A stretch of DNA of 64,000 nt from a bacterium (GTDB lineage: Bacteria; Babelota; Babeliae; Babelales; RVW-14): contig CP064957.1 in the NCBI GenBank assembly GCA_016699045.1, forward strand, positions 799,613-863,612, read 5' to 3'. Positions 46,036 through 56,848 of the stretch are shown here, piece by piece. The notes beneath the pieces were generated by a model. It worked only from the letters and a program-made list of their open reading frames with translations, was not told where the DNA came from and searched no databases. How positions within the stretch are numbered: position 1 is the first letter of the stretch; each line of letters opens with the position of its first letter. The position numbers and the translations under genes are program-made.

Positions 46036-48276
46036 TTAACTATTGCGTGGTTGTTCGCCGGTATACGGCAATTTGCGACAACCGCCGCCCGAGCGTGCCA
46101 GTAAATCGATAACAAGGCTTAATTCTGTGGCATCAGCAATTCGTTCAAATGGTGTTGGAGATGGGGCGTTGCGTGTTTGAGCTGCATAACAAAATTCTTC
46201 AATCAACGCAGCATGTCCTTTGTCTGCGGTGCGTACTTTTTTGTTGAATGCTAACGGCAAGCCGTAACCTTTTAATTCAATAAAGTCATTCATGATAATT
46301 GTTTTTCCATCAAAAAATATTTCCATATATTCTTTTCCGGCAGTACCACTGCCTAACGATGTATAAACAAATGAACAGAATGAACCATCGGTCATGCTGA
46401 TACTGGCAACAAAATTATCAGTTGTTGGAATATCGGGTCCGAGTGCGTTCATGGCGTAGACTGAAACGACGCGAGGGCGGGCATTTGTTAAAAAACATAA
46501 AAGTTCAAAAATATGACACGCTTCGCCAATAATACGGCCACGATTAACGTCAGATTGAATCCAGTGTTCTCGTGGTAAAAAGCCAGCATTGAGCCGATAA
46601 TGAATCACCAGTGGATTGGTTCGTTTACTCACGACTTCATAAATATCTTTAATGAAGGGCGAAAATGAGCGATTAAAATCTACGCAATACAATGCTTGTG
46701 GGTTGGCTTGCATGAAATTTTTTATTTCGTAAAACTGTTCAAAATTTACCGCTGCTGGTTTTTCTACAAAAACCGCTTTGTTGTTTTTTAAGCAATCGAT
46801 TGCTTGTTCTGCGTGCAAATGATGGGGTGTTGCAATGATAGCTGCATGAACATTTTCATTCATTAATAATTTGCGATGATCGTTGCCAATAATCGAAGAA
46901 CTATATTGACGGGCCGTATTTAAAGCGTTTGCCTGATCGGTATCAATAATAGAATGGATTGTTGTTTTTGGTACTTTAGAAATTATTGGGAGTAGTTTTA
47001 TTTTACAAAACCCTCCTGCGCCAATGATGCCAACATTTAATGTATCTTTTGGAGGTGTATACTGATAGCTTTTTGGTTCATATTCTTGTTGATTAACCAA
47101 ATAAGAAAGTGGTTTGGTTGTAGAGGCTTCATAGTTGAGCATCAAACCAAAGGAATTTTTTTGTTGTAAATATTGAAAAGCTTCTTCGGCTTGTTCAATG
47201 TTAAACTCGTGACTGATGAGTTTTTCGATACAAATTTTTTCTTTTTCGATCAACTCTAAAAAAAGCTCCATGTTGCGATTTTCAGTCCAGCGAACGTAAG
47301 CATAAGGATAATCATTGCCATCTTTTTCGTATGAAGGATCATAGCGACCGGGGCCGTAAGAACATGAAATGAGCAAGTCAATTTCTTTGCGATAAAACTC
47401 TTCACGATCAAAATCAATTTTTACATCGCCAACCAAAACAACGCGGCCTTTGCGGCGTGTAATTTTCATGGCTTGTTCTAAAATTTCACCACTTGAAGCA
47501 CTGGCGGTAATGATAGTGGTATCCACACCAAAGTGATGTGTAGTATAATTAATTTCTTCAACCACATTGCATTCTGTTGCATTTAAGCAGATATCGGCGC
47601 CTAATTTTTTGGCGAGTCTTATTTGTCGTTCGTTGATATCAACGCCAAAAACGTGTGCGCCAGAAATCTTTGCAAGTTGTGCCGTAATTTGTCCAATTAA
47701 GCCAAGGCCAATAACGCATACGCGTTCACCAACTTGGAGTTGAGCTCGTCTGATGCCTTGTAGTGCGATAGCGCCGATGGTAGTGATGCTTGCCATTTTA
47801 AGATTTTTTTTATCGCGTAATTTGACCGCTAATGGCGATGGTACCGCGATAAAATCAGCATGGTTGGCAATGCCAGCCCCTGCACATGCAACAAAGTCGC
47901 CCACGGCAAAACCGGTGACTTTGTTGCCAACTTGTAGTACTTCGCCAGAACATGAATAACCGACTGGCAAAATTTGATTGCGCTTGCTTTTTATTAAAGC
48001 AAACGTTCCGCTAATGCCGTTTTCTTGGACAGCACCCAAAACTTTGTTGGTATTTTCTTTAACGTTACTATTGAATTTTTGTAGTAATGAAAGGCCAGAG
48101 GCGTTAAGCGTTGCTCCTTCGGTTCCACTACTAATAAATGAGTGGTGGACTTGCACAAGCAGCTCTTGGTCGCCAATGTGTGGGTGATCAACATTATGGA
48201 CACAAGCGCGTCCTTTTTGTAGAAATACTTGCCTCATTACTACTCTTTCTTGTTTTTGTGAAACTGATGACATCAT
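46036..48276 (-). CDS. bi-domain oxidoreductase: MDR/zinc-type alcohol dehydrogenase fused to Gfo/Idh/MocA dehydrogenase
   Basis: The N-terminal half has a GroES-like fold plus the Rossmann motif VIGLGLIGQITAQLA. The C-terminal half has VGIIGAGGFCKIKLLP...VFVEKP, typical of Gfo/Idh/MocA. Confidence 0.75.
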   Translation of the reverse strand: MMSSVSQKQERVVMRQVFLQKGRACVHNVDHPHIGDQELLVQVHHSFISSGTEGATLNASGLSLLQKFNSNVKENTNKVLGAVQENGISGTFALIKSKRNQILPVGYSCSGEVLQVGNKVTGFAVGDFVACAGAGIANHADFIAVPSPLAVKLRDKKNLKMASITTIGAIALQGIRRAQLQVGERVCVIGLGLIGQITAQLAKISGAHVFGVDINERQIRLAKKLGADICLNATECNVVEEINYTTHHFGVDTTIITASASSGEILEQAMKITRRKGRVVLVGDVKIDFDREEFYRKEIDLLISCSYGPGRYDPSYEKDGNDYPYAYVRWTENRNMELFLELIEKEKICIEKLISHEFNIEQAEEAFQYLQQKNSFGLMLNYEASTTKPLSYLVNQQEYEPKSYQYTPPKDTLNVGIIGAGGFCKIKLLPIISKVPKTTIHSIIDTDQANALNTARQYSSSIIGNDHRKLLMNENVHAAIIATPHHLHAEQAIDCLKNNKAVFVEKPAAVNFEQFYEIKNFMQANPQALYCVDFNRSFSPFIKDIYEVVSKRTNPLVIHYRLNAGFLPREHWIQSDVNRGRIIGEACHIFELLCFLTNARPRVVSVYAMNALGPDIPTTDNFVASISMTDGSFCSFVYTSLGSGTAGKEYMEIFFDGKTIIMNDFIELKGYGLPLAFNKKVRTADKGHAALIEEFCYAAQTRNAPSPTPFERIADATELSLVIDLLARSGGGCRKLPYTGEQPRNS

Positions 48277-48278
48277 GG

Positions 48279-49586
48279 TTAAAAGGTTATGTTTTCAAGG
48301 TTGCAACTTGCTTTAACGGCGCCCGTAAGAAATGTTTGAGTTTGGCTTTTGCCTATTTCGTGAAGTAAGCCGCATGAGTCAACGACAATTTTATTGCATA
48401 AAAGATCATGCGTGATCATTTTAAATTCATCATGTTTTACTAAAATTAGAATAATATCTGCTTCGCTCATGGCTTTGCGCAAATTTGTTGCAAGATTCAA
48501 GCCAAGCGCTTTGACAGGCTCTGGATCAACATACGAATCATATGCTGTAAAAGTGAGCACGTCCTTTTTTTTGTTTAATTCTTGGGCGATAAAGAGAGCT
48601 GGCGATTCTCTTATGTCGTCAACATTCGGTTTAAATGAAAGACCAAGTCCCAATATAGATGCTTTGCTTTCCTTGATTTCATTGAATTCATCAACCTTTT
48701 GAAGTAAGCGTTCAATAACACTTAACGGTTTGTTGTTATTCACTTCACGAGCTACTTGCAATAATTGTGTATCATTTGGAAAGCTGTCAATTAAGAATGC
48801 TGGGTCAATAGCAATACAATGACCACCAACGCCGCAGGTTGGGTTTAGAATGGAAACACGAGGATGTTTGTTGGCAAGCTCGATAACATGGTAAGGATTA
48901 ATGCCTGCTGAGTAGCACATTGATGCGACTTGGTTGGCAAAAGCAATTTGTACATCGCGCGAGCTGTTTTCAACCAATTTGATCATTTCGGCAGTTTTAT
49001 CGTCAGTGACGTGCAGAAAACCTTTGACGAATTTTGAATAAAAACTATAGGCAAGTTCGCACGATTTTTGACAAATGCCGCCAATAACACGATCGTTTTC
49101 AATTAACTCTCTAAAAAGAACGCCCGGTAATCCACGCTCTGGACAGTGCGTAATAAAAAAATCAGCGCTTTGTTTTAGTCCTGATAAATCTTCAATGTAT
49201 TTTGCGAGTTTTTCAGTAGTGCCGACTGGTACCGTTGATTCAATAATAATCAAATTGCCAGGCATAAGACGTTTAGCAATAGATTCGCTTGCTTTAAAAA
49301 CATATTGCAGATCAGGGTTGCCGCTTGGCTTGAGAGGCGTGGGAACGGTAACAAGAAAGCAATCGGCGTATTCTAAATTAGTGCTCGCTTTAAAATTTTT
49401 CTTTTTTAAGGCGTATTGTAAGCGTTTTTTTATTTCTGGTTCAAGAATGGTTGGGTCGCCCGCGTTGATACGCGTAATTTTATCATTATTAATGTCAAAA
49501 CCAAAGACTTCATAGCCACACTCTGCCGCCAAGATCGCGGTAGGGAGGCCTATGTAGCCGAGCCCAAGAATAGAAATACGCTTCAT
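48279..49586 (-). CDS. wecC: UDP-N-acetyl-D-mannosamine dehydrogenase-type nucleotide-sugar dehydrogenase
   Basis: ISILGLGYIGLPTA (GxGxxG) and catalytic GVGGHCIAIDP. Adjacent to wecB. Confidence 0.8.
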   Translation of the reverse strand: MKRISILGLGYIGLPTAILAAECGYEVFGFDINNDKITRINAGDPTILEPEIKKRLQYALKKKNFKASTNLEYADCFLVTVPTPLKPSGNPDLQYVFKASESIAKRLMPGNLIIIESTVPVGTTEKLAKYIEDLSGLKQSADFFITHCPERGLPGVLFRELIENDRVIGGICQKSCELAYSFYSKFVKGFLHVTDDKTAEMIKLVENSSRDVQIAFANQVASMCYSAGINPYHVIELANKHPRVSILNPTCGVGGHCIAIDPAFLIDSFPNDTQLLQVAREVNNNKPLSVIERLLQKVDEFNEIKESKASILGLGLSFKPNVDDIRESPALFIAQELNKKKDVLTFTAYDSYVDPEPVKALGLNLATNLRKAMSEADIILILVKHDEFKMITHDLLCNKIVVDSCGLLHEIGKSQTQTFLTGAVKASCNLENITF

Positions 49587-49620
49587 TACCGTTTCTCCAA
49601 ACTATTAATTTTAATTTTCG

Positions 49621-50805
49621 TTAAGGCACCATATTGTTATTTTTTTCGGAGCATTTTTTTTCTTTATTATCAAGTCGAAGAATTGTTGTTTTTATCATGG
49701 TAACAATTCGTTGGCTGGCGTTGCCATCGCCATAAATAAAAGTTGGCGTCATTTTCTGTAATGGTGCGTTGTAATACATCGTCATACCGTGTGTAATTCT
49801 TTTTTCGTCAGTTCCTACAAGTTCTGCATGTCCTTCCCAGACTCCCTCTATTCGTTCAGTGATATCGCGCAGAATAAGTACTTTTTTCCCAATACTGATT
49901 GCTTCTTCTTGAATGCCACCAGAGTCAGTCATGACCCAATCCACTGATAAAATTAAATGGATAAGGTCGGTATATTCAAGGGGTGGGCAGCAATAGATAT
50001 TTTCTAATTCTTTTATTCCTGAGCTTTCTAGTGCTGTTAAAACATTGGGGTTTGGGTGGAAAGGATAGAAAACGAAAAGGTCAGGATGTTTTTGTACAAA
50101 TTTTTTAACGGTGGTAAAAATGCGCATCAAGCCGCCGTCAAATGATTCGCGGCGGTGTGCGGTCAGCAAAATTGGTTTAAGATTCATTTTTTTGCAGTAG
50201 GCCAATTTTTCTAGTATCGATTGGTCGAGCTTTATGCTGTTTGATTCGATGCGTTGGCGGATCATAGTGAGCGCATCAACAATAACATTACCTGTGCAAA
50301 AAATACCTTTGCGATCAATTCCTTCGGCCAAAAGATTGCCAACATTAAGTGCCGTTGGTGCAAAGTGGTAGGTTGCTATGTGGGAAATAAATTTACGGTT
50401 AATTTCTTCTGGAAATGGCGAATATTTATCACCAGTTCGTAACCCTGCTTCCATGTGGCCGATAGGAATTTTTAGATAAAAAGCGGCTAATGCTGCGGTA
50501 AAAGCAGTTGTTGTATCTCCATGAACCAAAACAAGATCAGGATTCAATTCTTGAAAAACTACTTTTAATTTTTCAAGAATTGTTGTCGTTAAGTAAAACA
50601 GATCTTGATCTTTTTTCATGATGTTAAGTTTAATGTCTGGTTCAACATTAAAAAGATCAAAAACTTTTTGTAATAGGCCTTCATGCTGAAACGTTGCGCA
50701 GAGAACAGTAGGGACCCCGGCTTTTTTGAGCGCAAGATAGACTGGCATGCTTTTAATAGCGCCAGGTCGAGTTCCTACCACAACAACTACAACTGGTCTT
50801 TTCAT
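49621..50805 (-). CDS. wecB: UDP-N-acetylglucosamine 2-epimerase (non-hydrolysing)
   Basis: VVVGTRPGAIKSMPV, VHGDTTTAF, HMEAGLRTGDKYSPFPEEINR and TDSGGIQEE. RBS AGGTGGG lies before the ATG at 50805. Confidence 0.88.
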   Translation of the reverse strand: MKRPVVVVVVGTRPGAIKSMPVYLALKKAGVPTVLCATFQHEGLLQKVFDLFNVEPDIKLNIMKKDQDLFYLTTTILEKLKVVFQELNPDLVLVHGDTTTAFTAALAAFYLKIPIGHMEAGLRTGDKYSPFPEEINRKFISHIATYHFAPTALNVGNLLAEGIDRKGIFCTGNVIVDALTMIRQRIESNSIKLDQSILEKLAYCKKMNLKPILLTAHRRESFDGGLMRIFTTVKKFVQKHPDLFVFYPFHPNPNVLTALESSGIKELENIYCCPPLEYTDLIHLILSVDWVMTDSGGIQEEAISIGKKVLILRDITERIEGVWEGHAELVGTDEKRITHGMTMYYNAPLQKMTPTFIYGDGNASQRIVTMIKTTILRLDNKEKKCSEKNNNMVP

Positions 50806-50940
50806 GTTTTCCCACCTACCTCTTTTTTTAACAATTATCTTAAATGAAGACAATCATCATTGAAAGATAGCAAAGGGTGCCAAGAATGCAAGAAAAAGTG
50901 CCATTTAAAACGTTGTGCATTGTTTGGTGTAAAAAATTTC

Positions 50941-51762
50941 CTATACTTTGATCATGACGGGGCCTGATGCAGACTGAACAAGTTTTTCTTTGAGCAGGCG
51001 GTCGTTATATTTTTCAAAAGATTCGTGGAGCCTGTCTTTGTTTTTTTCGTATGATTCATGTGCTCGATCCCGTTGCTTTTCTTGCCTTTGTGCCTCTAGT
51101 GCTCGTTGTTGTTCTAGATATTCTTCGTGTAGTTTGACTTGAAAGTGGTATGACTCGTTTTCAACCACCGCATTAACGCGTTGCTCAAGGAGTTCTGTCA
51201 TGACCTGAATTTTATTTTGTTGTGTGCAGCAGCGTGCGCATAAGTCGCCATATTCAAATTTACCCATTGCTTCACTGTTGGAAGCGCTGAGCAAACTATA
51301 TGCGGTAGACAAGCTGTTTCTAATGGTCATGCAATGATTGCGGGCCAACACAAGTGGCCAACTTGTGCCAAAGCGTCCATTTGCGTGGTTAATAATTTCA
51401 TTAACGCTTTGGAATTTGCGTGTAATAAACGAATCGGTTTCTGCAAACATAATTAAGTCGCTTGCCGCTCTAAAGCGTCCGGTTGGCGTTAGTGTGTGAA
51501 GATATTGATTGAGGCCGTACCACGTGAGCCCGCCCACGCCTGCACCAACTAGGCCTGCAATAGCATATTTTGTTGAAGGGCTTAAGGTATCATTTGTTGC
51601 ATTGCGTTGATTAAGTGCTAACGAAGTAAGCCATGCAGAAAGAGCACCTGTTACGGCACCACCGCCAATGGAACCAATGGTTGCCGTGTTTTCTGAAATG
51701 GGACTTACGGATGTGTTAAGTGATAGCAAAGAAATAAATGTGAGGATATAACGACGTTTCAT
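50941..51762 (-). CDS. hypothetical protein with signal peptide and glycine-zipper segments
   Basis: MKRRYILTFISLLSL signal peptide; IGSIGGGAVTGALSAW and GLVGAGVGGLTW Gly-zippers; charged C-terminus. Confidence 0.5.
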   Translation of the reverse strand: MKRRYILTFISLLSLNTSVSPISENTATIGSIGGGAVTGALSAWLTSLALNQRNATNDTLSPSTKYAIAGLVGAGVGGLTWYGLNQYLHTLTPTGRFRAASDLIMFAETDSFITRKFQSVNEIINHANGRFGTSWPLVLARNHCMTIRNSLSTAYSLLSASNSEAMGKFEYGDLCARCCTQQNKIQVMTELLEQRVNAVVENESYHFQVKLHEEYLEQQRALEAQRQEKQRDRAHESYEKNKDRLHESFEKYNDRLLKEKLVQSASGPVMIKV

Positions 51763-51858
51763 AAAAACTCCTATTTTCGTGAAACTGCTGGATAATTTTA
51801 TTAAAAATAAACAAGTGACAGCAGTTTGAATAACTGCTATCAAAATGTCAAATTGAGT

Positions 51859-52863
51859 TTAAAGGTTTACGATAACTGCTTTTTCTTTAATATCGCACAT
51901 CAATTTTTCAAGAAGTTTTTCGCGCTTTTGATTACGCAATTGTGCTTCAATGGTAAAGTAACATTCATCCAAGGATTTGACGCGTCCTTCTTCTTTGTCC
52001 GCTAACAAGATGCTGTGATATTTTTCTTGTGATTTTATTGGTTTGGAAACGAATCCTTTGTTCATGGCTAGTACCGAAGAATATTGTTCGCCAACTTCAT
52101 TTTTTTCAACCCAGCCTAAATCTTTCCAAGTAATTTCTTGCGCCTTGATTAACTTTTTGTAATCAGCAATTTTGTCTTCAGGGATAGTGGCCATTTTGAG
52201 GTGATAACGAGCTGGTAACACGATTGGATTATTTTTGTAATGCGCTTCAACTTCTTGCGAAGTGATAATTACTTTTTCGCTAATTTCTGCACGCTTCAAG
52301 TTTTCCGCTGCCATCAAGCGGCTGAGTTGGCGTTTGTACATTGGTAGGTTGAAGCCGTTTTCTTTAAGTTGTTTTTCAAATTCATCATCAGACACATTTG
52401 GCATGCCACTTTGAATTTTAAGATTTACAATCTGGCGGTTGATGTCTGCGGGTGTTGGAATCATGTGACGCTCGACGGCCTTTTGGCATAAAAGTTCTTC
52501 TTCAACCATTTCGTTGAGCGTGTAAAAGCCGCCTTCTTTGCCGAGTTGTGGTTGTTCAAGATGTGATTGCAAAATGTTGTTGCCGTTCACGCGTACCATA
52601 ATTTTATCAATTTCCCAGCGCTTACGTTCTTGTTTTGTCTCTGGTGCTGATGTTGTTGATGTAGCAACTGTTTGGGTACTTGTTTGAGCTTGCGTAGTTA
52701 CTGGTGTAGCAGCTTTTTTGACGCTTGTTTTTTTTTGTGTGTCGCTTTTTTTAGTAAGAGAAACTTTTTTCGGGTGTGCCAGTTTTTTCTTTTTAGTTGT
52801 TTTTGCTGTTGTCAGTGAGTGCCATGAGAGAAGAATTACGATTGAAATCAATAATTTTTTCAT
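51859..52863 (-). CDS. SurA-like periplasmic chaperone / parvulin-type PPIase family
   Basis: Signal peptide, a Lys/Thr-rich linker, a SurA N-domain-like IDKIMVRVNGNNILQSHLE, and a degenerate parvulin-like C-terminal half. Confidence 0.55.
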   Translation of the reverse strand: MKKLLISIVILLSWHSLTTAKTTKKKKLAHPKKVSLTKKSDTQKKTSVKKAATPVTTQAQTSTQTVATSTTSAPETKQERKRWEIDKIMVRVNGNNILQSHLEQPQLGKEGGFYTLNEMVEEELLCQKAVERHMIPTPADINRQIVNLKIQSGMPNVSDDEFEKQLKENGFNLPMYKRQLSRLMAAENLKRAEISEKVIITSQEVEAHYKNNPIVLPARYHLKMATIPEDKIADYKKLIKAQEITWKDLGWVEKNEVGEQYSSVLAMNKGFVSKPIKSQEKYHSILLADKEEGRVKSLDECYFTIEAQLRNQKREKLLEKLMCDIKEKAVIVNL

Positions 52864-52946
52864 GAAAGTGCCTCTGTTGATAAAAAAAAGGACGAGTGTT
52901 GAGCTCGTCCTTGTATAGTACTTTTTTCTTCTTGCTTACTACTTAC

Positions 52947-54032
52947 TTAGACCGCGGTTGCTGCTGATTTTTCTACTGGTGCATTTGTTTCATCTGCTTG
53001 TGCTGTCTTTTTAAATTGTTCGGAAGGTGCTTCAAGATTAGATTTTTGGGAATCTTTAAAGAAGTCTTCGTCACTTACAATATTCATTTTTGCTTTAATT
53101 ACTTTAAGTTTCTCATCAAGTTTTTCTTTAAACTTATTGTTTTTAAGAATATTCAAGATTTGAGGTTTAATTTCATCAAGTTCAAAATAGACTGTTTCTT
53201 CTTTGTCTGAAACGTGAATAACCCAAAATTCTTTGGCAACTTTAACCATTTCAACAGCAGGAAGGTCCATTAAGGCAAACGCGGTATCTTTGATTGGACC
53301 AGGAACGGTTGAGGCGCCAAAACCTTTTTCTTCAGCTTTGTTAACGCGACCAAAGGCTTTTAATTTAGCATTGCTGGTAGCTTTTGCCCGCGTGTTAAAT
53401 TCATCTTCAGTTTTGCCTTTTACTTGTTCTTTAAATGCTTTTGCATCAGCTTCTTTTTCAAAGCGAGCTCCTGAAACAAGAACGCCGCCAGCAATTTTAA
53501 CAAATTGATCTTTGTTGTCAGCAAAGTATTTTTGTGCTTCGCTATCTGAAGCATCGATGCTGTCAAACACTTCTTTTTCAAAGAATTGTACGGTCAGCGA
53601 ATCTTTAACGAGTTTTTTCATTTCTTCGTACGCTTCGATAAATTTGGAGTCCTTAAGTAAGCCAGATTCTTGAGCGTTGGTGATAATAATTCTTTGTTTT
53701 ACCAACTCATCGAAGAATTTTTTCTTGATGGAAGCGGGAAGTGATTCAGCGCCTGCGCCTCGAAAATATGGATTTGCTTGGAGCATTTGTTGGATGCTTT
53801 GGTTGAAGTCTTTTTCGGTAATGGCCGGGGTGCCGTTGATACTGCACAAAACCTTGCCGCCGTCTTTAGTTGCTGCCTTTACTTTTTTTGGCTTTGCTTC
53901 TTTTTTTGATTCAGCAGATTGAGCATCGGAAGATCCAACAAGTTTTTCCTTGATGGTGTTGACAAGAGTACATCCTGGTAAAACCACGACCGAAAGGGCA
54001 AGTAGCGCTGATTTGATGGTTGTGTTTTTCAT
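52947..54032 (-). CDS. SurA/PrsA-like lipoprotein chaperone (parvulin family, degenerate)
   Basis: Lipobox VLPGC. VLCSINGTPAITEKDFNQSIQQML resembles the SurA_N/PpiD N-domain. Tandem to the previous chaperone gene. Confidence 0.5.
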   Translation of the reverse strand: MKNTTIKSALLALSVVVLPGCTLVNTIKEKLVGSSDAQSAESKKEAKPKKVKAATKDGGKVLCSINGTPAITEKDFNQSIQQMLQANPYFRGAGAESLPASIKKKFFDELVKQRIIITNAQESGLLKDSKFIEAYEEMKKLVKDSLTVQFFEKEVFDSIDASDSEAQKYFADNKDQFVKIAGGVLVSGARFEKEADAKAFKEQVKGKTEDEFNTRAKATSNAKLKAFGRVNKAEEKGFGASTVPGPIKDTAFALMDLPAVEMVKVAKEFWVIHVSDKEETVYFELDEIKPQILNILKNNKFKEKLDEKLKVIKAKMNIVSDEDFFKDSQKSNLEAPSEQFKKTAQADETNAPVEKSAATAV

Positions 54033-54199
54033 AAAAAATCCCTAATATAACCTAATATGAGTGCCACATCACTGTACTAACTTTACGCAAAATAACATAA
54101 CCATCGTATCACACGAACTTAATTTTGCAAGAGTAGCGTTGGGGGTGGGGTTTTTTGTTTTTAAGGTGATTTAAAGCAAATCAAGAAAGGTTTTCGATT

Positions 54200-55486
54200 A
54201 TGAAAGAACAAGGTTCAATTTCATTTCTATCTGCAGTATTAATGAGTATTAACATTATTGTGGGTGTTGGTATTTATTTTGGTCCGCAAATTATGACAAC
54301 CCGAGCTGGCTCTATGAGTTTTCTGGGCTGGCCGCTTGTTGCTTTGATGCTTTTTCCTGTTATTTGGGGCGTTGCCTTGGCTGCGCGTATGTTTCCTGGT
54401 GGTGGCAGTTTCTACAATTATTGTACTCAAGGTATTAATAAAACCTTTGGCGTTATTGCTATTTGGGCATATCTGTGGGGATTTATTGGTGTAGCGGCTA
54501 CGCAAACGTTGGCGTTTCGAGATCTTTTGATTGCTCAATTTCCTACTCCATTTTGGCAAGAGCATAGTTTGCTATTTAATGCTGGATTTATCTTTATTTT
54601 GGCTTTGCTTAACTTGGTTTCAGTTGAACTTATTAGCAAAATACAAAGTTTTGTAACGATTATCAAAATCCTTCCGATGGTCGCGGTTATATTTATTTTG
54701 CCTTTTTATTGGGACAGTTTGTATGTCTTTAATGTTGCTGATATGAGTAATTTGGGACTAGCTATCCCAGTTGCTATTTTTGGTTATTCTGGATTTGAAA
54801 GTTGCAGCAATATCAGTCACTTGCTCAAAGGTGGTTCGCAAAAAGCGTTTGGTGTTATTTTGACTGCGTTCTTTATTGTTGTGTCTTTGTATGCAATTTT
54901 TCATTTGGGCGTTTTGCATATCATGGGTGCTGCGCAGTTAGCAGCTCAAGGCGTTCCGTCTATGGTTAATTTCTTGGGTTTCCAATCAGCCGATGTTGTT
55001 GCCATCATGCAACGTGGCTTGACGGTAATTTTGCTCTTAAGTTTTGCGAATGCAATTTATGGCGTTACCCTGTCCAATATTACGAATTTTTTCAATATGG
55101 CACAGGAAAAGCTTTTTCCTTATCCAAAAAAAATGACAATGGTTAATGGCTACGATCGTCCTGTGTGCGTTATTGCGATTATAGCTTTGATAACTTTTGG
55201 TTTCATAACGCTTATTCCAAAGACTGAAATTTTGTTAGCGCTTTCAACGCTGGGCGTTTTAACTGCTTATACTTTGACGTTGGTGGCAGTTGCTCGTGTG
55301 CAGCTTAAACAAAAGGATTTTGGGAAATTATTTTTAACCGTTCTTGGTTTTGGTTCATGTGGCGCACTTGGTTATTTTTCTTGGGTTTCAATTGAAGGCA
55401 GCAATATGCTGCGGCTTTGTTATGCAAGTCCGTTGCTTGTTGGTGTCGCTCTCGGAACTTTTTTATATTTAAGCAAGAAAAAATAA
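54200..55486 (+). CDS. APC-family amino acid permease (428 aa)
   Basis: 12 TM helices. SFLSAVLMSINIIVGVGIYFGP...GGGSFYNY. A tandem paralog follows. Confidence 0.75.
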   Translation: MKEQGSISFLSAVLMSINIIVGVGIYFGPQIMTTRAGSMSFLGWPLVALMLFPVIWGVALAARMFPGGGSFYNYCTQGINKTFGVIAIWAYLWGFIGVAATQTLAFRDLLIAQFPTPFWQEHSLLFNAGFIFILALLNLVSVELISKIQSFVTIIKILPMVAVIFILPFYWDSLYVFNVADMSNLGLAIPVAIFGYSGFESCSNISHLLKGGSQKAFGVILTAFFIVVSLYAIFHLGVLHIMGAAQLAAQGVPSMVNFLGFQSADVVAIMQRGLTVILLLSFANAIYGVTLSNITNFFNMAQEKLFPYPKKMTMVNGYDRPVCVIAIIALITFGFITLIPKTEILLALSTLGVLTAYTLTLVAVARVQLKQKDFGKLFLTVLGFGSCGALGYFSWVSIEGSNMLRLCYASPLLVGVALGTFLYLSKKK

Positions 55487-55490
55487 TTAT

Positions 55491-56777
55491 ATGATGAAAA
55501 AACAAACGATCCCTTTTTGGATAGCGGTTATTATTAATATTAACATTGTGATTGGTGCTGCATTTTTTTTAGGTGCGCAATCAATTAGCATGAAAAGTGG
55601 ATTTTTGAGTCCATTTGCATGGCTGTTTTGTGGCTTTTTATTAATGCCTCTTGTTGCCGTATTTGCGTGGTTTGCCAAGCGCTATCCTGAAGCTGGCGGT
55701 TTGTATGTTTATAGTCAAAAATCACTGGGAAGCTTTTGGGGCTTTTTGAGCGGGTGGGGTTACTTTGTTGGTACTACGGCTGGCAATGCGGCCGTGATCC
55801 ACGCATTTTCAAGCTACTTACAAAATGTGCCGCCTGTGCATCAGATGCTAGTACCATGTGGACTTCTTGGTTTAAAATTTGATTTGTTCCTTGTATTATT
55901 TTTTACGATGTTGAATATGATGAACGTTCAATTTATGGAACGTGCGCACGTCTTTTTTGTTATCATGAAAACGATTCCGATGTTGGTACTGGTAGTTGGC
56001 GCTTTGTGTGTGGGCACAACGGCGCCAATTGTTGCGCAATCGTGGAATTTCACTAATTTTTTTGGAACGATTCCGATGGTCTTTTTTGCATATGTTGGTT
56101 TTGAGGCCTGCTGCGCAGTTGCCGATAAAATTGGCGATAATGAGAAAAAAGCATCGGCAGTGATTTGGTCGTCGTTTGGGATTATCATGTTGGTTTACGT
56201 TGTTCTGCAATATTGCGCATTGCGTGTGCAGGCAGGTGCTGATGTTAATCCGTTCTTGCATGCTATCAGCCAATTAACGAGCAATCAGGGTATGGTTGAT
56301 GCGCTCAGCACGGTTGTGTATGCAACCATTATGTTGTCATTTTTGGGCGGCTTTTATGGCATGTATTTTTACAACAGTTGGAATTTGTATGCCATTGCGC
56401 AGAACAAAAATATCATTGGCGGGGCATTCTTAACCAAATTAACCAAAAACCAAATTCCATGGGCTTGTTTGATGGTGCAGTTTTCTCTGTTGAGCATCTT
56501 TTTGTTGTTAACGACAGCAGACAGCTATTTGGTGGTGATTGGTGATTTTGGTGTTACCATCGGCTACTTGCTGACAACCATTGCATTTTTGGTAGCGAGT
56601 AAGAATAAAATTGTTACTTTGGCGGCCTTGGGCAGTTGTTCGTTTCTGTTATACTTGTGCTCTAGAACTTTGGTCGAAGCCGGCATGTATAATCTTATTC
56701 CGTTATTAATTGTCGTTGGTATTGGCATTGTTGCGTATCAAGGCAAACAGTTTTTGAATCAACCGTCTCGCTCTTAG
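55491..56777 (+). CDS. APC-family amino acid permease (428 aa)
   Basis: 12 TM helices. PFWIAVIININIVIGAAFFLGA...AGGLYVYS. Same length as, and collinear with, the upstream paralog. Confidence 0.75.
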   Translation: MMKKQTIPFWIAVIININIVIGAAFFLGAQSISMKSGFLSPFAWLFCGFLLMPLVAVFAWFAKRYPEAGGLYVYSQKSLGSFWGFLSGWGYFVGTTAGNAAVIHAFSSYLQNVPPVHQMLVPCGLLGLKFDLFLVLFFTMLNMMNVQFMERAHVFFVIMKTIPMLVLVVGALCVGTTAPIVAQSWNFTNFFGTIPMVFFAYVGFEACCAVADKIGDNEKKASAVIWSSFGIIMLVYVVLQYCALRVQAGADVNPFLHAISQLTSNQGMVDALSTVVYATIMLSFLGGFYGMYFYNSWNLYAIAQNKNIIGGAFLTKLTKNQIPWACLMVQFSLLSIFLLLTTADSYLVVIGDFGVTIGYLLTTIAFLVASKNKIVTLAALGSCSFLLYLCSRTLVEAGMYNLIPLLIVVGIGIVAYQGKQFLNQPSRS

Positions 56778-56848
56778 TAGCCGCTTGTTTCTTTGTAGTA
56801 CTTATTTAAAATCATGTAATGCAAGAATTTTAAAGAAAAGGGTCTTTT

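Noticed and set aside
50950-51060. An internal duplication HES(Y/F)EK..DRL in the C-terminus of the glycine-zipper protein.
   Set aside because: There are only two copies of about 11 aa in a charged coiled-coil-like tail, with no evidence of functional significance.
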